A stretch of DNA of 64,000 bases, from positions 2,965 to 66,964 of the forward strand of contig UQHO01000003.1 in the NCBI GenBank assembly GCA_900540995.1. The letters run 5' to 3'. How positions within the stretch are numbered: position 1 is the stretch's first letter; every line of letters begins with the position of its first letter. The translations under genes were made by a program, and so were the position numbers. This document shows, in pieces, positions 45,231 through 55,726 of the stretch. The notes under the pieces were generated by a model. The model was given only the letters and a program-made list of their open reading frames with translations. It did not search any database and had not been told where the DNA came from. Origin of the DNA: an uncultured Collinsella sp. Lineage in GTDB: Bacteria; Actinomycetota; Coriobacteriia; Coriobacteriales; Coriobacteriaceae.

Positions 45231-48008
45231 CTACCCGCGGTTGCGGACGCGGCTGTAGGGCGTATCCACCATGGGCAGATTTGGACGCAGCTTGCCGTCA
45301 AACGCGCGGTAGGCGTTCTGTACGGCGGGCGCCGTGGGGATCGTTGCGATCTCGCCGATGCCCTTGCCGCCGTATGCCACGGGCAGCAGCTCGTCCTTCT
45401 CCACGTAGATGGCGTGGATATCCGGAATCTCGGGCGCACGGAACAGCCCGAGCGTGCCGTACCTTGCCTGGGGCACGCAGTCCTTGAGCGGCCAGTCCTC
45501 GGTAAGCGCATAGCCCATACCCATGAGCACGCCGCCTTCGATCTGACCCTGGATGGAGATGGGATTGACCACCTTGCCGGAATCGTGCGCAGCATAGACC
45601 TCGCTCACGCGGCCGTCATCATCCAGAATGACCACATGCGTGGCAAAACCGTAGCAGATGTGGCTCTTGGGGTTGGGAACGTCGGCGCCCAGCTTGTCGG
45701 TCGGCTCCAGGTACACGTACCCAAACTCGCAGCCCTCGAGCGCCTTGATGGCGGCAGCGGGATCTTGAGGATGCATACCCTGGCCGGCGACGAGTTCCTG
45801 TGTGTGCAGCTGATAGGCGCGACCGTCGTCGTACTCGATCTTGACGCCATCACCATGGGCGCTCACAGGAGCATCGGGTGCATGCTTGCCGGCCTCGATG
45901 TCAAGCATGGCATCGCGCAGCAGGAAGGCGGCACCGCGCACGGCCTCGCCGGTCACGACCGTCTGACGCGAGCCAGACGTGGTGCCGGAGTCGGGAGCGT
46001 TCTCGGTAGAGCACTCGCCATTGGCGATGCAGCGAAGCGGCAGGCCGCATGCCTCGGCAACGTCCTGCAAAAAGACCGTGTTGCAACCCTGGCCGATGTC
46101 GGACGTGGCGGCATAGACCACGGCCACGCCGTCCTCGATGCGAATCTTGCAGCGGCCGGCATCGGGCAGGCCAACGCCCACGCCGGCGTTCTTCATGGCG
46201 CAGGCGATACCGGCGTGTCCGGGATGCGCATAGTAGGCATCCTTGACCTCGAGCAGCGTCTCCTTCAGCGCCGTGGAGCAGTCGGCAATCTGGCCGTTGG
46301 GCAAAACCTCGCCCGGCTCGATGGCGTTTCGGTAACGAATCTCCCACGGATCCAGGCCGACCTTCTCTGCCAGCAGGTCGATCAGGCTCTCGAGCGCAAA
46401 CTCGGACTGGCAAACGCCAAAGCCTCGGTACGCGCCGGCGGGCGGGTTGTTGGTGTAGTAACCAAAACCGCGAATGTCGGTGTTCTGGTACTTGTAGGGG
46501 CCGACGGCATGCGTGCAGGCGCGCTCGAGCACCGGGCCGCACAGCGACGCGTAGGCGCCGGTGTCAAAGTTGATCTCGCAGTCCAGACCGGTAAAGTTGC
46601 CCTCGGCGTCGCAGCCCAGCGTAAAGGTGCCGTCCATGGCGTGGCGCTTGGGATGGAACGCGAGCGACTCGGCACGCGTGAGCTTGCACTTCACAGGACG
46701 CTGGAGCTTATAGGCAGCAAGCGCGGCCAGGTGCTGGATCGAAACGTCCTCCTTGCCGCCAAAACCGCCGCCCACAAGCATGGTCTCGACAACCACACGC
46801 TCGGGCTCGTTGTCCCAGCCAAACATGTGGGCGCACTCTTTGCGCGTATCGTAGGCACCCTGGTCGGTCGACTGCACCTTGACGCCGTTCTTGTACGGGA
46901 AGGCGACGGCGCACTCGGGCTCCAAGAAGGCATGCTCGGTAAAGGGCGTGGTAAAGCGCTGCGTCACGGTGAACGCGCTCTCCGCTAGCGCCTTGGCGGC
47001 GTCGCCGCGCGTCACGTGACGGCTCTGGCACACGTTGTCCTTGAGTTCCACCGTGTTGCCAAAGGCAAAGAAACTGTCATGCAGGCGCGGGGCGTCGGCA
47101 GCCCTAGCTTCGACAATGTTGCGCACGGGCTCCAGCGGCTCGTAATCAATCTTTACGAGCTTCTTAGCCTTCTCGAGCGTCGCCTCGTCCTCGGCAACCA
47201 CCAGCACGATGGCGTCACCCACGCAGCGGGTGATATCGCCCTGGGCGATCATGACATCCCAGTCCTGGATAAGGTGGCCGACCTGGTTGACCGGCACGTC
47301 CTCGGCGCGCAGGATGCCCACCACACCGGGCAGGGCCTCGGCCTTGGAGGTATCAATGGAGAGCACGCGGGCGCGCGGATACTTGGAGCGCACGGCGCTA
47401 GCATAGGTCAGGCCCGGCTGATCGAGCTCGTCGATGTCGTCGGGATACTTGCCCTCGCCGAGCACCTTCTTGCGCACGTCGATGCGGAAGGCGCGCTTGC
47501 CCACACCGTAGTCGTCGCCGCGCTCCAGGTCCTCGTCGATCTGCTTTTCGCCGCGGAGCACCGCAGCTGCCAGCGAAATGCCCTCGATGATCTTCTTGTA
47601 GCCGGTGCAGCGGCAGACGTTACCGCGAATGGCGTACTTGATCTGCTCCTCGGTGGGCTCGGGGTCCTCGGCGATGAGCGCCGCGCCCGCCATGACCATG
47701 CCGGGGATGCAAAAACCGCACTGCACGGCGCCCACGGCGCCAAAGGCGTACACAAAGGCCTCGCGCACGTCCTCGGGCAGGCCCTCGACGGTCACGATAT
47801 TACGGCCGGCGGCAAGAGCGGTGGTCAGCACGCACGCCTTGACGGCCGCGCCGTCCACATGGATGGTGCAGGTACCGCAGGCGCCCTCGGAGCAGCCGTC
47901 CTTAGCGGAATGGATATGCAGGTCGTCGCGCAAGTAGCGGAGCAGCGGCTTGTTCTGAGTCGTCGTGCGCTCGACGCCGTTAACGGTAAAAGTGAATTCC
48001 TGTGCCAT
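45231..48008 (-). CDS. Fused [2Fe-2S]/molybdopterin-binding molybdenum hydroxylase (XdhD-like; putative selenium-dependent xanthine/purine hydroxylase)
   Basis: N-terminal ferredoxin motifs (CSEGACGTC, CGFCIPG, CRCTGY) fused to an aldehyde oxidase/xanthine dehydrogenase MoCo domain, 925 aa in all. Confidence 0.8.
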   Translation of the reverse strand: MAQEFTFTVNGVERTTTQNKPLLRYLRDDLHIHSAKDGCSEGACGTCTIHVDGAAVKACVLTTALAAGRNIVTVEGLPEDVREAFVYAFGAVGAVQCGFCIPGMVMAGAALIAEDPEPTEEQIKYAIRGNVCRCTGYKKIIEGISLAAAVLRGEKQIDEDLERGDDYGVGKRAFRIDVRKKVLGEGKYPDDIDELDQPGLTYASAVRSKYPRARVLSIDTSKAEALPGVVGILRAEDVPVNQVGHLIQDWDVMIAQGDITRCVGDAIVLVVAEDEATLEKAKKLVKIDYEPLEPVRNIVEARAADAPRLHDSFFAFGNTVELKDNVCQSRHVTRGDAAKALAESAFTVTQRFTTPFTEHAFLEPECAVAFPYKNGVKVQSTDQGAYDTRKECAHMFGWDNEPERVVVETMLVGGGFGGKEDVSIQHLAALAAYKLQRPVKCKLTRAESLAFHPKRHAMDGTFTLGCDAEGNFTGLDCEINFDTGAYASLCGPVLERACTHAVGPYKYQNTDIRGFGYYTNNPPAGAYRGFGVCQSEFALESLIDLLAEKVGLDPWEIRYRNAIEPGEVLPNGQIADCSTALKETLLEVKDAYYAHPGHAGIACAMKNAGVGVGLPDAGRCKIRIEDGVAVVYAATSDIGQGCNTVFLQDVAEACGLPLRCIANGECSTENAPDSGTTSGSRQTVVTGEAVRGAAFLLRDAMLDIEAGKHAPDAPVSAHGDGVKIEYDDGRAYQLHTQELVAGQGMHPQDPAAAIKALEGCEFGYVYLEPTDKLGADVPNPKSHICYGFATHVVILDDDGRVSEVYAAHDSGKVVNPISIQGQIEGGVLMGMGYALTEDWPLKDCVPQARYGTLGLFRAPEIPDIHAIYVEKDELLPVAYGGKGIGEIATIPTAPAVQNAYRAFDGKLRPNLPMVDTPYSRVRNRG

Positions 48009-48020
48009 GGTGATTCCCTT

Positions 48021-48500
48021 CTACACGCCGGCGGCGATGCCGGTGCGGTCGTGGATGGCGCCATGCGGGCAGACGACGGCGCACATGCCGCACGACAGGC
48101 AGTCCGCGCCGTCGATATGGGCGCAGTTGTCCTCGATGCGGATAGCGCTGGCAGGGCACTTTTTGGCGCACATGCCGCAACCGATGCAGCTCGTGTCGCA
48201 GATCTTGCGCGCAATGGCGCCCTTGTCGGTGTTGTTGCAGCGCACCAGGATGTTCTGGTAGCCGGGAACGAAGGCAATCACGCGCTGTGGACACGCCATG
48301 CCGCACAGGCCACAGCCCGTGCACTTAGAGCGATCCACGCGGGCGATGCCATCGACCAGCGCAATGGCACCGTGGGGGCAGGCCGTGACGCAGGCGCCAC
48401 AGCCAATGCAGCCTTCGCTGCAGCGGGCGTCGCCGCCTGCGGAGGCGCAACCGCTTCCGCAGGCAACGTAGGCCACGTTATGTTGAATGGATTTGGCCAT
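48021..48500 (-). CDS. 4Fe-4S ferredoxin-domain protein (YgfS-like)
   Basis: Multiple CxxCxxCxxxCP motifs in 159 aa. Confidence 0.75.
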   Translation of the reverse strand: MAKSIQHNVAYVACGSGCASAGGDARCSEGCIGCGACVTACPHGAIALVDGIARVDRSKCTGCGLCGMACPQRVIAFVPGYQNILVRCNNTDKGAIARKICDTSCIGCGMCAKKCPASAIRIEDNCAHIDGADCLSCGMCAVVCPHGAIHDRTGIAAGV

Positions 48501-48511
48501 AAGAGACTCGC

Positions 48512-51511
48512 CTATTTCTTAAGGAGATAAGGATAGCTGTCGCGCACGGCCTTGATGGTCAGGCGGACGGCCTCGGGCAGACCGGTGTTGACGGCATCGA
48601 CCGAGACGGTGCGGACCGTGCCGGCGACGCGGACTTTAAAGTGGTCCTCGTCCACAGCCAGGAAGCCCTCGTTCTCGGAGTTCTCCATGTCCTGCTCGCT
48701 CCAGAACAGGGTGAGCTTGTCCTTGTAGGGACGACCCTCCTGGTAGGGGCAGAATACGGCGCAGTTGCCGCACTCGTTGCACATGCCATCGACGTGGACG
48801 ACCTGATGTTTGGCCAGGCCCGGCACCTTAATTGCCACGTTGGCGCGGTTGGGGCACACGTCGCAGCAGACCTCGCACACCGAGCCGCAGCCCAGGCAGC
48901 GGGTCTTGGTGCAGTTGCGCTTGTCACGGCACAGCGACCCCTTGCGCTCGTAGCAGGTGTCCTCGCGGCCGGCCTGCTCGTTGCAGTCGACGTACTTGTT
49001 AAAGTCCACGCCGGCGATGGCACGGGCGACCTCGGCGGCGTCGGCGATAGCCTCGACCACGGTGGCCGGACCGCGACGGCAATCGCCTGCAGCCCAAACG
49101 CCCTCGACGCCGGTGGAGGTGGCGGCAAGGCGGCCGCGACGGTCGTGCTCGACGCCCGCGGCATCGTACAGGCTGGCATCGATGCCCTCGCCCACGGCGC
49201 AGATCACCGTGGTGGCGGAAAGCTCGACGGTCTCGCCCGTGGCGACGGGGCTGCGACGGCCGCTTGCATCCGGCTCGCCAAGCTCCATGACGTCGCAGGT
49301 CAGCACGGCGCCGTTAAGCGCCTTGGGGGCCAGCAGCTCGCAGAACTCAACGCCGTCGGCAAGAGCAAGATCGAGCTCTTCCTCGTCAGCGGGCATCTGC
49401 TTCTTGGTGCGGCGATACACCAGGCGCACGTTCTTCACGCCAGCAAGGCGCTTGGCCACGCGGGCCGCGTCCATGGCGGTGTTGCCGGCGCCAATGACCA
49501 CGACGTCCTCGCCCAGCTCGAGCTTCTCGCCCTTCTTGGCGGCCTCGAGGAACTCCAGCACGTCGAGCTCGGCACCCTCGCCCAAGCCCGCAGAGCCGGG
49601 CATCCAGGCACCAGTGGCCACGACTACGTCGGTAAAGCCCTGGGCCTTGAGCTCGTCAATGGACTCCACGCGGGCGTTGAGCTGCACCTTGGCGCCAAAG
49701 GCCAGACAGAGCTCGGCATCGTGGGAGATATCGTCGCTCGCGATACGGAACTCGGGGATCACGTGACGGACCACGCCGCCGAGAGAGTCGCGGGCCTCGA
49801 AGATAGTGACGGGCACGCCGGCGCGCGTCAGGAAGAACGCCGTCGCCAGACCGGCCGGGCCGCCGCCGATAACGGCAACGTTGCGCTCGGCGTCGTTGGC
49901 AATGGCCTGGGCGCGCAGCTTGGGCAGCACGGCGGTCATGGCCTCGCGGGCGGCCTTGAGCTTGCTGGCGCGGATCTGGGCGCCCTCGGGCTCGTAGAAC
50001 GCACGCTCGCAGGCACGGCCGCAGGGATGCGGGCAGATGGTACCGGTGATGAACGGCAGGGCGTTGCGCTCGATGATGATGTTGAGTGCGTCCTCGTAGC
50101 GGCCCTCGTCAACAGCCGCCAGATAGGCGGGAATATCCTGCTGGATGGGGCAGCTCGTGCGGCACGGCGTGGTAAAGCAGTCGGAAAGCGGGCTCTTGCC
50201 GGCGACCTTGCGGTCGGGCAGCGGGCGCAGCGGCTTCTTGTAGAGCGGGTTGGTGAGCGAGTCGGTCTGGATCGCAGTCACGGCCTCGAGAGAGACGCCC
50301 GCGAACGGCTTGCCATCCAGGTCGGTAAACTCGCCAGCCATCTGGCTAAAGCGCTCGTAGCCACCAGGCTTGAGTACGTCGGTCGCCAGGGTGACGGGCC
50401 AAATGCCGGCATCGTACAGGGCGCGGATGTTGTAGACCGTAGCACCGCCAGAGTAGCTAATGCGCAGCTTGCCATCGAACTGCTCGGTAATGCGACGGGC
50501 GGCCTCGATGGTCAGCGAGAACAGCGAACGGCCGGACATGTACATCTCGGTGGAGGGCAGCTCGTTCCTCGTCACGTCGACGGGGAACGTGTTGGTCAGC
50601 TTGACGCCAAACTCCAGGCCGCGCTCGGCACACAGGGCAATCAGACGCTCAAACATGGGCACAGCGTCGACCCACTGCAGATCCTCGCGGAAGTGCGTGT
50701 CATCGAAGACGATGTAGTCGAAGCCCAGCTCGTTGAGGCGCTGGCGAGCAAACTCATAGCCCAGCAGCGTGGGGTTGCACTTGATGTAGGTGTTGAGACC
50801 CTTCTCGGTAATCAGATAGGTCGCGATGCGCTCGATCTCCGCCGGCGGGCAGCCATGCAGCGTGGACTCGGTAATGGAGTTGGAGACGCGCGCCGGGATG
50901 GACTCGACAAACGCGGCATCGACATTCTCAAACTTGTCCAGGTTAGCGAGCGCCCACGTGCGGCACTCGTTCCAAACCTCGGAGCCGCTGGCGTCCTTCA
51001 TGCCCTCAATGTACGCATCGACCTTGGGGCTCTTGATGCCCTCGAGGTCATAACCCACGGACATGTTGAAGACAAAACCATCCGGGCTGCCCAGGCCGTA
51101 CTCGCGAGCGATCAGGTGGCAGGCAAACCATGCCTTCACGTACTCGGCAAAGGCCTGCGGAACCTCGAGCTCGGTCGACCACTCGCAGTTGTAGCACTCG
51201 TCCTGCGCCACGATGCAGGGCTTGTTCACACACTTGGAGAGCTCCTCGCCGTCCATAACCTGAACGGTCTTGAGCTCAAAGAAGCGGGAACCGGCCACGT
51301 AGGATGCCACGATGTTCTGGGCCAGCTGCGTATTGGGACCGGCGGCCGGGCCAAACGGAGTCTCGATGCGCTCGTCAAAAATGGGAAGCGCGCCCTCCTG
51401 GTTGGTCGTGACCATCTTGCGCACGCCAAAGACGGCGCCCTGAGTCTTGTGCTCCTCGATGATCCAGTTCATCAGCTGCGAAAACGGGATCGGCCTCATG
51501 ATGTCGCTCAT
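48512..51511 (-). CDS. YgfK-like oxidoreductase (putative selenate-reductase/hydroxylase electron-transfer subunit)
   Basis: About 999 aa, with a DPD-like TIM-barrel N-terminus, a GltD-like FAD/NAD(P) region (VAVIGGGPAGLATAFFL) and C-terminal Cys clusters. The start was set at MSDIMRPIPF, which has a GAGGAG RBS. Confidence 0.7.
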   Translation of the reverse strand: MSDIMRPIPFSQLMNWIIEEHKTQGAVFGVRKMVTTNQEGALPIFDERIETPFGPAAGPNTQLAQNIVASYVAGSRFFELKTVQVMDGEELSKCVNKPCIVAQDECYNCEWSTELEVPQAFAEYVKAWFACHLIAREYGLGSPDGFVFNMSVGYDLEGIKSPKVDAYIEGMKDASGSEVWNECRTWALANLDKFENVDAAFVESIPARVSNSITESTLHGCPPAEIERIATYLITEKGLNTYIKCNPTLLGYEFARQRLNELGFDYIVFDDTHFREDLQWVDAVPMFERLIALCAERGLEFGVKLTNTFPVDVTRNELPSTEMYMSGRSLFSLTIEAARRITEQFDGKLRISYSGGATVYNIRALYDAGIWPVTLATDVLKPGGYERFSQMAGEFTDLDGKPFAGVSLEAVTAIQTDSLTNPLYKKPLRPLPDRKVAGKSPLSDCFTTPCRTSCPIQQDIPAYLAAVDEGRYEDALNIIIERNALPFITGTICPHPCGRACERAFYEPEGAQIRASKLKAAREAMTAVLPKLRAQAIANDAERNVAVIGGGPAGLATAFFLTRAGVPVTIFEARDSLGGVVRHVIPEFRIASDDISHDAELCLAFGAKVQLNARVESIDELKAQGFTDVVVATGAWMPGSAGLGEGAELDVLEFLEAAKKGEKLELGEDVVVIGAGNTAMDAARVAKRLAGVKNVRLVYRRTKKQMPADEEELDLALADGVEFCELLAPKALNGAVLTCDVMELGEPDASGRRSPVATGETVELSATTVICAVGEGIDASLYDAAGVEHDRRGRLAATSTGVEGVWAAGDCRRGPATVVEAIADAAEVARAIAGVDFNKYVDCNEQAGREDTCYERKGSLCRDKRNCTKTRCLGCGSVCEVCCDVCPNRANVAIKVPGLAKHQVVHVDGMCNECGNCAVFCPYQEGRPYKDKLTLFWSEQDMENSENEGFLAVDEDHFKVRVAGTVRTVSVDAVNTGLPEAVRLTIKAVRDSYPYLLKK

Positions 51512-51659
51512 AATGAGCTCCTCTCTGTAACGCCCGGCGAGACCGCGCGACGGGCGCAAATACGGTGTAGCGCTAGCACAGCGCCGGCGACCCCGCGGAG
51601 GCCGCCTATACGCGCGTCGAACGCGGCGAAACATCCGACGCGCGTGAATCTACTTGTAA

Positions 51660-53015
51660 TTAGTAGGTGCGTTCGTTGAGCGTGCTCCAGAGCTTCTTGG
51701 ACTCAGCCATGGTCCACGCGTTGATCTTGTCCTCATCAATGCCAACGAACTCGCGATCCTTGTACAGGACGCGGCCGTTGATGATGGTGGTGCGGCAGTT
51801 TTTGCCCATCATGCCAAAGAGCATGTGGCCGTCGATGTTCTCCTCGCTCAGCGGCGTAAAGGGCTTGTAGTCCATGACGATGACGTCGGCGGCAGCGCCG
51901 GCCTCGAGCACACCGAGCTTGCGATCGAAGTACTTGCTGGCCATCTTGGCGTTGTTCTCGAACAGCATCGTCATTGCCTCGCACCAGCCCACGTTGGGCA
52001 TAGCGGCGTTGTGACGCTGAATGATCAGGAAGACCTTGAGGCTCTCGAGCATATCGTGGGTGTAGGCATCGGTGCCCATGCACACGGGGATGCCGCGGCG
52101 GAAGAACTCGAGCACGGGGGCGCAGCCTACGGCGTTGCCCATATTGGATTCTGGGTTGTTGACGAGCCAGGTGCCGGACTCCTTGACGATATCCATCTCG
52201 GCAGGCGTCACGTGGATGCAGTGGCCGAGCATGGTGTCGGGACCCAGCAGGTTGTGCTGCAGCAGGCGCTCGACGGGGCTGATACCACCGCGGTTGAGGC
52301 GGGAATCCCACACGTCGTTCATGCCCTCGCACACATGGATGTGGAAGCCGGTCAGGCCGTTGTTGGCCTCGGCCATCTTATCCATGGTCTCGTCCGAAAG
52401 TGTAAAGGTGGCATGTCCGCCAAACATGGCAGCGATCATGTGGTTGTCGTTGTCGCGACGCTCCTTGGCGGCCCACTGGGCAAATTCGGCGTTCTCGGCA
52501 ATGGCCTGGTCGCATTTTTCCTGGCCGCGGCGATCGGAGACCTCGTAGCACAGGCACGAACGCATGCCCAGCTCCTGAGCTGCATCCTTAATGGTAAAGA
52601 GGCTTCCCGGGATCTCGCAGAAGCTCGCGTGGTGGTCGAAGATCGTGGTGACACCATCGCGAATGGAGTCCAGAATCGTGGCATAGGCGCTTGCCTTGGT
52701 GCCGTCGAGTGTCAGATTGTCGTCGATCTTCCACCACTGCTGCTCAAGATTCTCCAGGAAGTTGGTGGGGTTGCAGCCCTTAATGGCAAGGCCGCGGGCC
52801 AGACCCGAGTAGATGTGGGTGTGGCAGTTGATGAGTCCGGGCATGATGAGGTTGCCCTGGGCATCGACGTACTCGGCATCCGGGTACTTGGCCTTGAGCT
52901 CGCACTCGGGACCTACTTCGACGATCGTATCTCCGTCAATGGCGACCGCACCGTTTGGAATGAACGGGGCCTGAGCATTGCGGGTAAAGACGGAACCGTT
53001 AGCGACCAGAAGCAT
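51660..53015 (-). CDS. ssnA: SsnA-like amidohydrolase (chlorohydrolase/deaminase family)
   Basis: GLINCHTHIYSG metal-binding motif in a protein of about 450 aa. The start was placed at the second ATG, which has an AAGGGAG RBS. Confidence 0.75.
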   Translation of the reverse strand: MLLVANGSVFTRNAQAPFIPNGAVAIDGDTIVEVGPECELKAKYPDAEYVDAQGNLIMPGLINCHTHIYSGLARGLAIKGCNPTNFLENLEQQWWKIDDNLTLDGTKASAYATILDSIRDGVTTIFDHHASFCEIPGSLFTIKDAAQELGMRSCLCYEVSDRRGQEKCDQAIAENAEFAQWAAKERRDNDNHMIAAMFGGHATFTLSDETMDKMAEANNGLTGFHIHVCEGMNDVWDSRLNRGGISPVERLLQHNLLGPDTMLGHCIHVTPAEMDIVKESGTWLVNNPESNMGNAVGCAPVLEFFRRGIPVCMGTDAYTHDMLESLKVFLIIQRHNAAMPNVGWCEAMTMLFENNAKMASKYFDRKLGVLEAGAAADVIVMDYKPFTPLSEENIDGHMLFGMMGKNCRTTIINGRVLYKDREFVGIDEDKINAWTMAESKKLWSTLNERTY

Positions 53016-53210
53016 AAATGCTCCCTTCAACATCAGGGGCGGGGTTTGACACCTCTGACATGGCGGAGTGCGAAGCGCCGGCCTACACCGGAAACGGGCC
53101 CTCTCCCGTCAACGCTTCACCAAAGGGACAAACCCTTTGAAGTGCGGCTTGGCACCGCATGACGTCGGCGGACGAGGCGATGCGCCCGCCGACGAATAGC
53201 ACCGAATTGG

Positions 53211-54605
53211 TTACTTCTTGCTCTCGGGCAAGACCAGATCCACGGCAGCGTCCTTGGCAGCATCGATGTGCTGAGCCACGACCGGCGTCTGCGGAAGGAT
53301 CAGGTTAAGGACAATGGCCATGATGGCGGTGGGGGTTACGGCATTGGAGCCGATGACGGTGGGCACCCAGGTGGGCATACCCTCACCGGCAAGGCAACCG
53401 CTGGCCATCCAGATACCCAGGCCAAAGACGACGGAGGTACCGACGATGGTGGTGGTGCGCTGCGTGAGGCCCTCGCGGGTGAACATGCGCACGCCGTTCA
53501 TGGTGATGGTGCCAAAGACGCCGACGGTCGCGCCGCCGATGACGGGCTGCGGGATAGCGGAAAGGACGGCAGAGAGCTGCGGGAACAGGCCGGCGATGGC
53601 AAAGACGGCCGCGATGATCACAAAGACCCACTTGTTGACGACCTTGTTGGAGCAGATGATGCCCACGTTCTGGCCAAGGGCGCTGGTGGGAAGACCGCCC
53701 AGCAGGCCGCCGACCATAGAGGTGAGGCCCTGGGACACGATAGCGCCGGAGAGCTCGCGCTCGGTGGGCATACGGTCGATGGAGCCCAGGCAGGCGGCAG
53801 AGACGTCGCCGATAACCTGGATGGCAACCATGGGGAACACGACGGCAAGGGTAATGCAGACCTCGGGATCAAACTCGAGCGCATAGGGCATGAGCTTGGG
53901 AAGGGCGAAGACCTGGGCGGTGGCGACGCTGGAGAAGTCGATCATGCCAAAGGGGATGGAGACGATCATACCAACGATCATGCCAAAGAACACGGATCCC
54001 AGCTTGAGCGTGCCCTTGCCAAAGTTGGCGAGCGCAAAGACCACGGCGAAGGTGATAAGAGCGACGCACCAGGCCTGCGGGGTGCCCCACAGCGGCGTAC
54101 CCATACCGCCGGCCATATACTTGACAGCCGTGGGATAGAGAGAGACGCCAATGGAGAAGATGACCGTACCGGTCACGACAGGCGGGAACAGCCACTTGAT
54201 CTTGCTGTAGGCCAGACCAAAGAGGACCGCGACGGCGCCGCCGACGATCTCGCCACCCAGCAGCGCACCAAAGCTAAAGCCCGAGGCACCCATGGCCTGC
54301 AGGGCCGGCAGAAACGCGAACGAAACGCCCATGACGATGGGCAGGCCGCCGCCGATGCGACGGAAGGGAGCGAAGGCCTGAAGGGCCGTGTCGATCGCCG
54401 AAAGAATGAGCGCGACCTGGATGATGTCGGTGCTCTGCTGGCTATTAAAGCCGTAGACGCCGGCCATGATGACCGCCGGGGTAATGATGCCGGCAAACGA
54501 TGCCAGTACGTGCTGAAGGGCACACGGGATCATTTCCTTAACGGGAGGCATACCTTCGCGAGTGAACAGGGCTTCAGTGCCGTTCGTAACCGTCTCCTGG
54601 GTCAT
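53211..54605 (-). CDS. NCS2 family nucleobase:cation symporter (xanthine/uric acid permease-like)
   Basis: Multi-TM protein with NCS2 hallmarks. Confidence 0.8.
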   Translation of the reverse strand: MTQETVTNGTEALFTREGMPPVKEMIPCALQHVLASFAGIITPAVIMAGVYGFNSQQSTDIIQVALILSAIDTALQAFAPFRRIGGGLPIVMGVSFAFLPALQAMGASGFSFGALLGGEIVGGAVAVLFGLAYSKIKWLFPPVVTGTVIFSIGVSLYPTAVKYMAGGMGTPLWGTPQAWCVALITFAVVFALANFGKGTLKLGSVFFGMIVGMIVSIPFGMIDFSSVATAQVFALPKLMPYALEFDPEVCITLAVVFPMVAIQVIGDVSAACLGSIDRMPTERELSGAIVSQGLTSMVGGLLGGLPTSALGQNVGIICSNKVVNKWVFVIIAAVFAIAGLFPQLSAVLSAIPQPVIGGATVGVFGTITMNGVRMFTREGLTQRTTTIVGTSVVFGLGIWMASGCLAGEGMPTWVPTVIGSNAVTPTAIMAIVLNLILPQTPVVAQHIDAAKDAAVDLVLPESKK

Positions 54606-54957
54606 TTGACCACCAATCCTCGAAGTAGTTGTTTTCGCATCTAACGCTCTATTGTGACGCAGTGCGGGGTTGAGGTTGTGCCTTCATTGCATATCGTATT
54701 AAAGATGATTCTCATTCTCAATAATAATTTTTTGTTATCAGACCATTCTTCAGCTGAAATAACGCATTTCCGCAGGTCAGGAAAGTGTCTGGTCAAAATA
54801 ACATCTAACTTTTCTTTTGGTCAACCGTTTACCGCTAAATTCCTACCGTTCGTCTGCATTACGCAATGTACCTGCGGATATACGAGATGGTGGGCAGCGT
54901 GTTACCATGAGAAAAAATTGTTATGAACATTTCCGTTTTCACCCAAAGGAGTTGCCC
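54606..54957. promoter_or_regulatory. AT-rich divergent promoter/operator region (permease and yheO-like regulator)
   Basis: About 350 bp with markedly low GC (about 35-40%) in a roughly 63% GC genome, with ataacgca-type motifs shared with the 34393-34669 region. Confidence 0.35.
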
Positions 54958-55614
54958 GTGAACGAGACCGTACGCCGCTTTTTGCCGATGGTCGATTTTC
55001 TGGAGCAGATACTCGGCAAAAACAGCGAAATCGTGCTGCACGATTTCTCGGATCCCGACCACGCCATCGTCGATATTCGCAACGGCATCGTGAGCGGCCG
55101 CAAGGTCGGCGGTCCCGCCACCGATCTGGCACTCAAGATCATGCACGACGCCAAGTATCGCGACCTGCCGTTTATTACGGGCTACGAGGGGCGCGGTGCC
55201 GGCGGCAAGACGTTGGAGTCGGCGACGTACTTTATCCGCGAGAATGACGAGATCGTCGGTATGCTCTGCGTCAACACCGACCTCTCGACCGTACGCTCCA
55301 TCAACGCCATGGCGCAGCAGCTCATGGCGTGCTTCGACGCGGCGCCGACGCGCACGGAGCCCGCCCCTATCGAGGTCGAAAGCCTTTCGGAGTCCACACA
55401 GGAGCTCATTGACCGCAGCATTGCCGAGTTGCTGAGCGCGCGCGGGCTGGATGTAGCGTCGCTTGGTCAGAGCGACCGCGTGGACGTCATTCGCCACCTC
55501 AACGGCAACGGGGTGTTCATGCTCAAGGGCGCCGTGGCCTGCGCCGCCACCGCGCTGGGCATCTCGGAGCCCAGCGTCTACCGCTACCTGCAAAAAGTTC
55601 GCAAGGAGGGCTAA
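54958..55614 (+). CDS. YheO-like PAS-domain/HTH transcriptional regulator (second copy)
   Basis: It aligns with the 34670-35323 protein. The GTG start has an AAGGAG RBS 6 nt upstream. Confidence 0.65.
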   Translation: MNETVRRFLPMVDFLEQILGKNSEIVLHDFSDPDHAIVDIRNGIVSGRKVGGPATDLALKIMHDAKYRDLPFITGYEGRGAGGKTLESATYFIRENDEIVGMLCVNTDLSTVRSINAMAQQLMACFDAAPTRTEPAPIEVESLSESTQELIDRSIAELLSARGLDVASLGQSDRVDVIRHLNGNGVFMLKGAVACAATALGISEPSVYRYLQKVRKEG

Positions 55615-55657
55615 CGAGCAAAATGGAGCGCGGCTCCACAAGCGATCCCTCACTTAA

Positions 55658-55698
55658 CAAAAGACCCTGCAGCTCGCACGCGCTGCAGGGTCTTTTTG
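55658..55698. terminator. Bidirectional rho-independent terminator (yheO-like and ridA convergent)
   Basis: aaaa-gaccctgcagc-tcgcacgc-gctgcagggtc-ttttt. Confidence 0.7.
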
Positions 55699-55726
55699 CA
55701 TGTCATGTTTAGTTGTTGCCAACGCC

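Noticed and set aside
54654-54926. A 90-aa ORF in the AT-rich region upstream of the second yheO-like gene.
   Set aside because: It lies entirely within a low-GC regulatory stretch, has an unusual Leu, Ile, Phe and Asn-rich composition, and has no RBS. It is more likely a promoter region than a gene, though a small hydrophobic peptide cannot be excluded.
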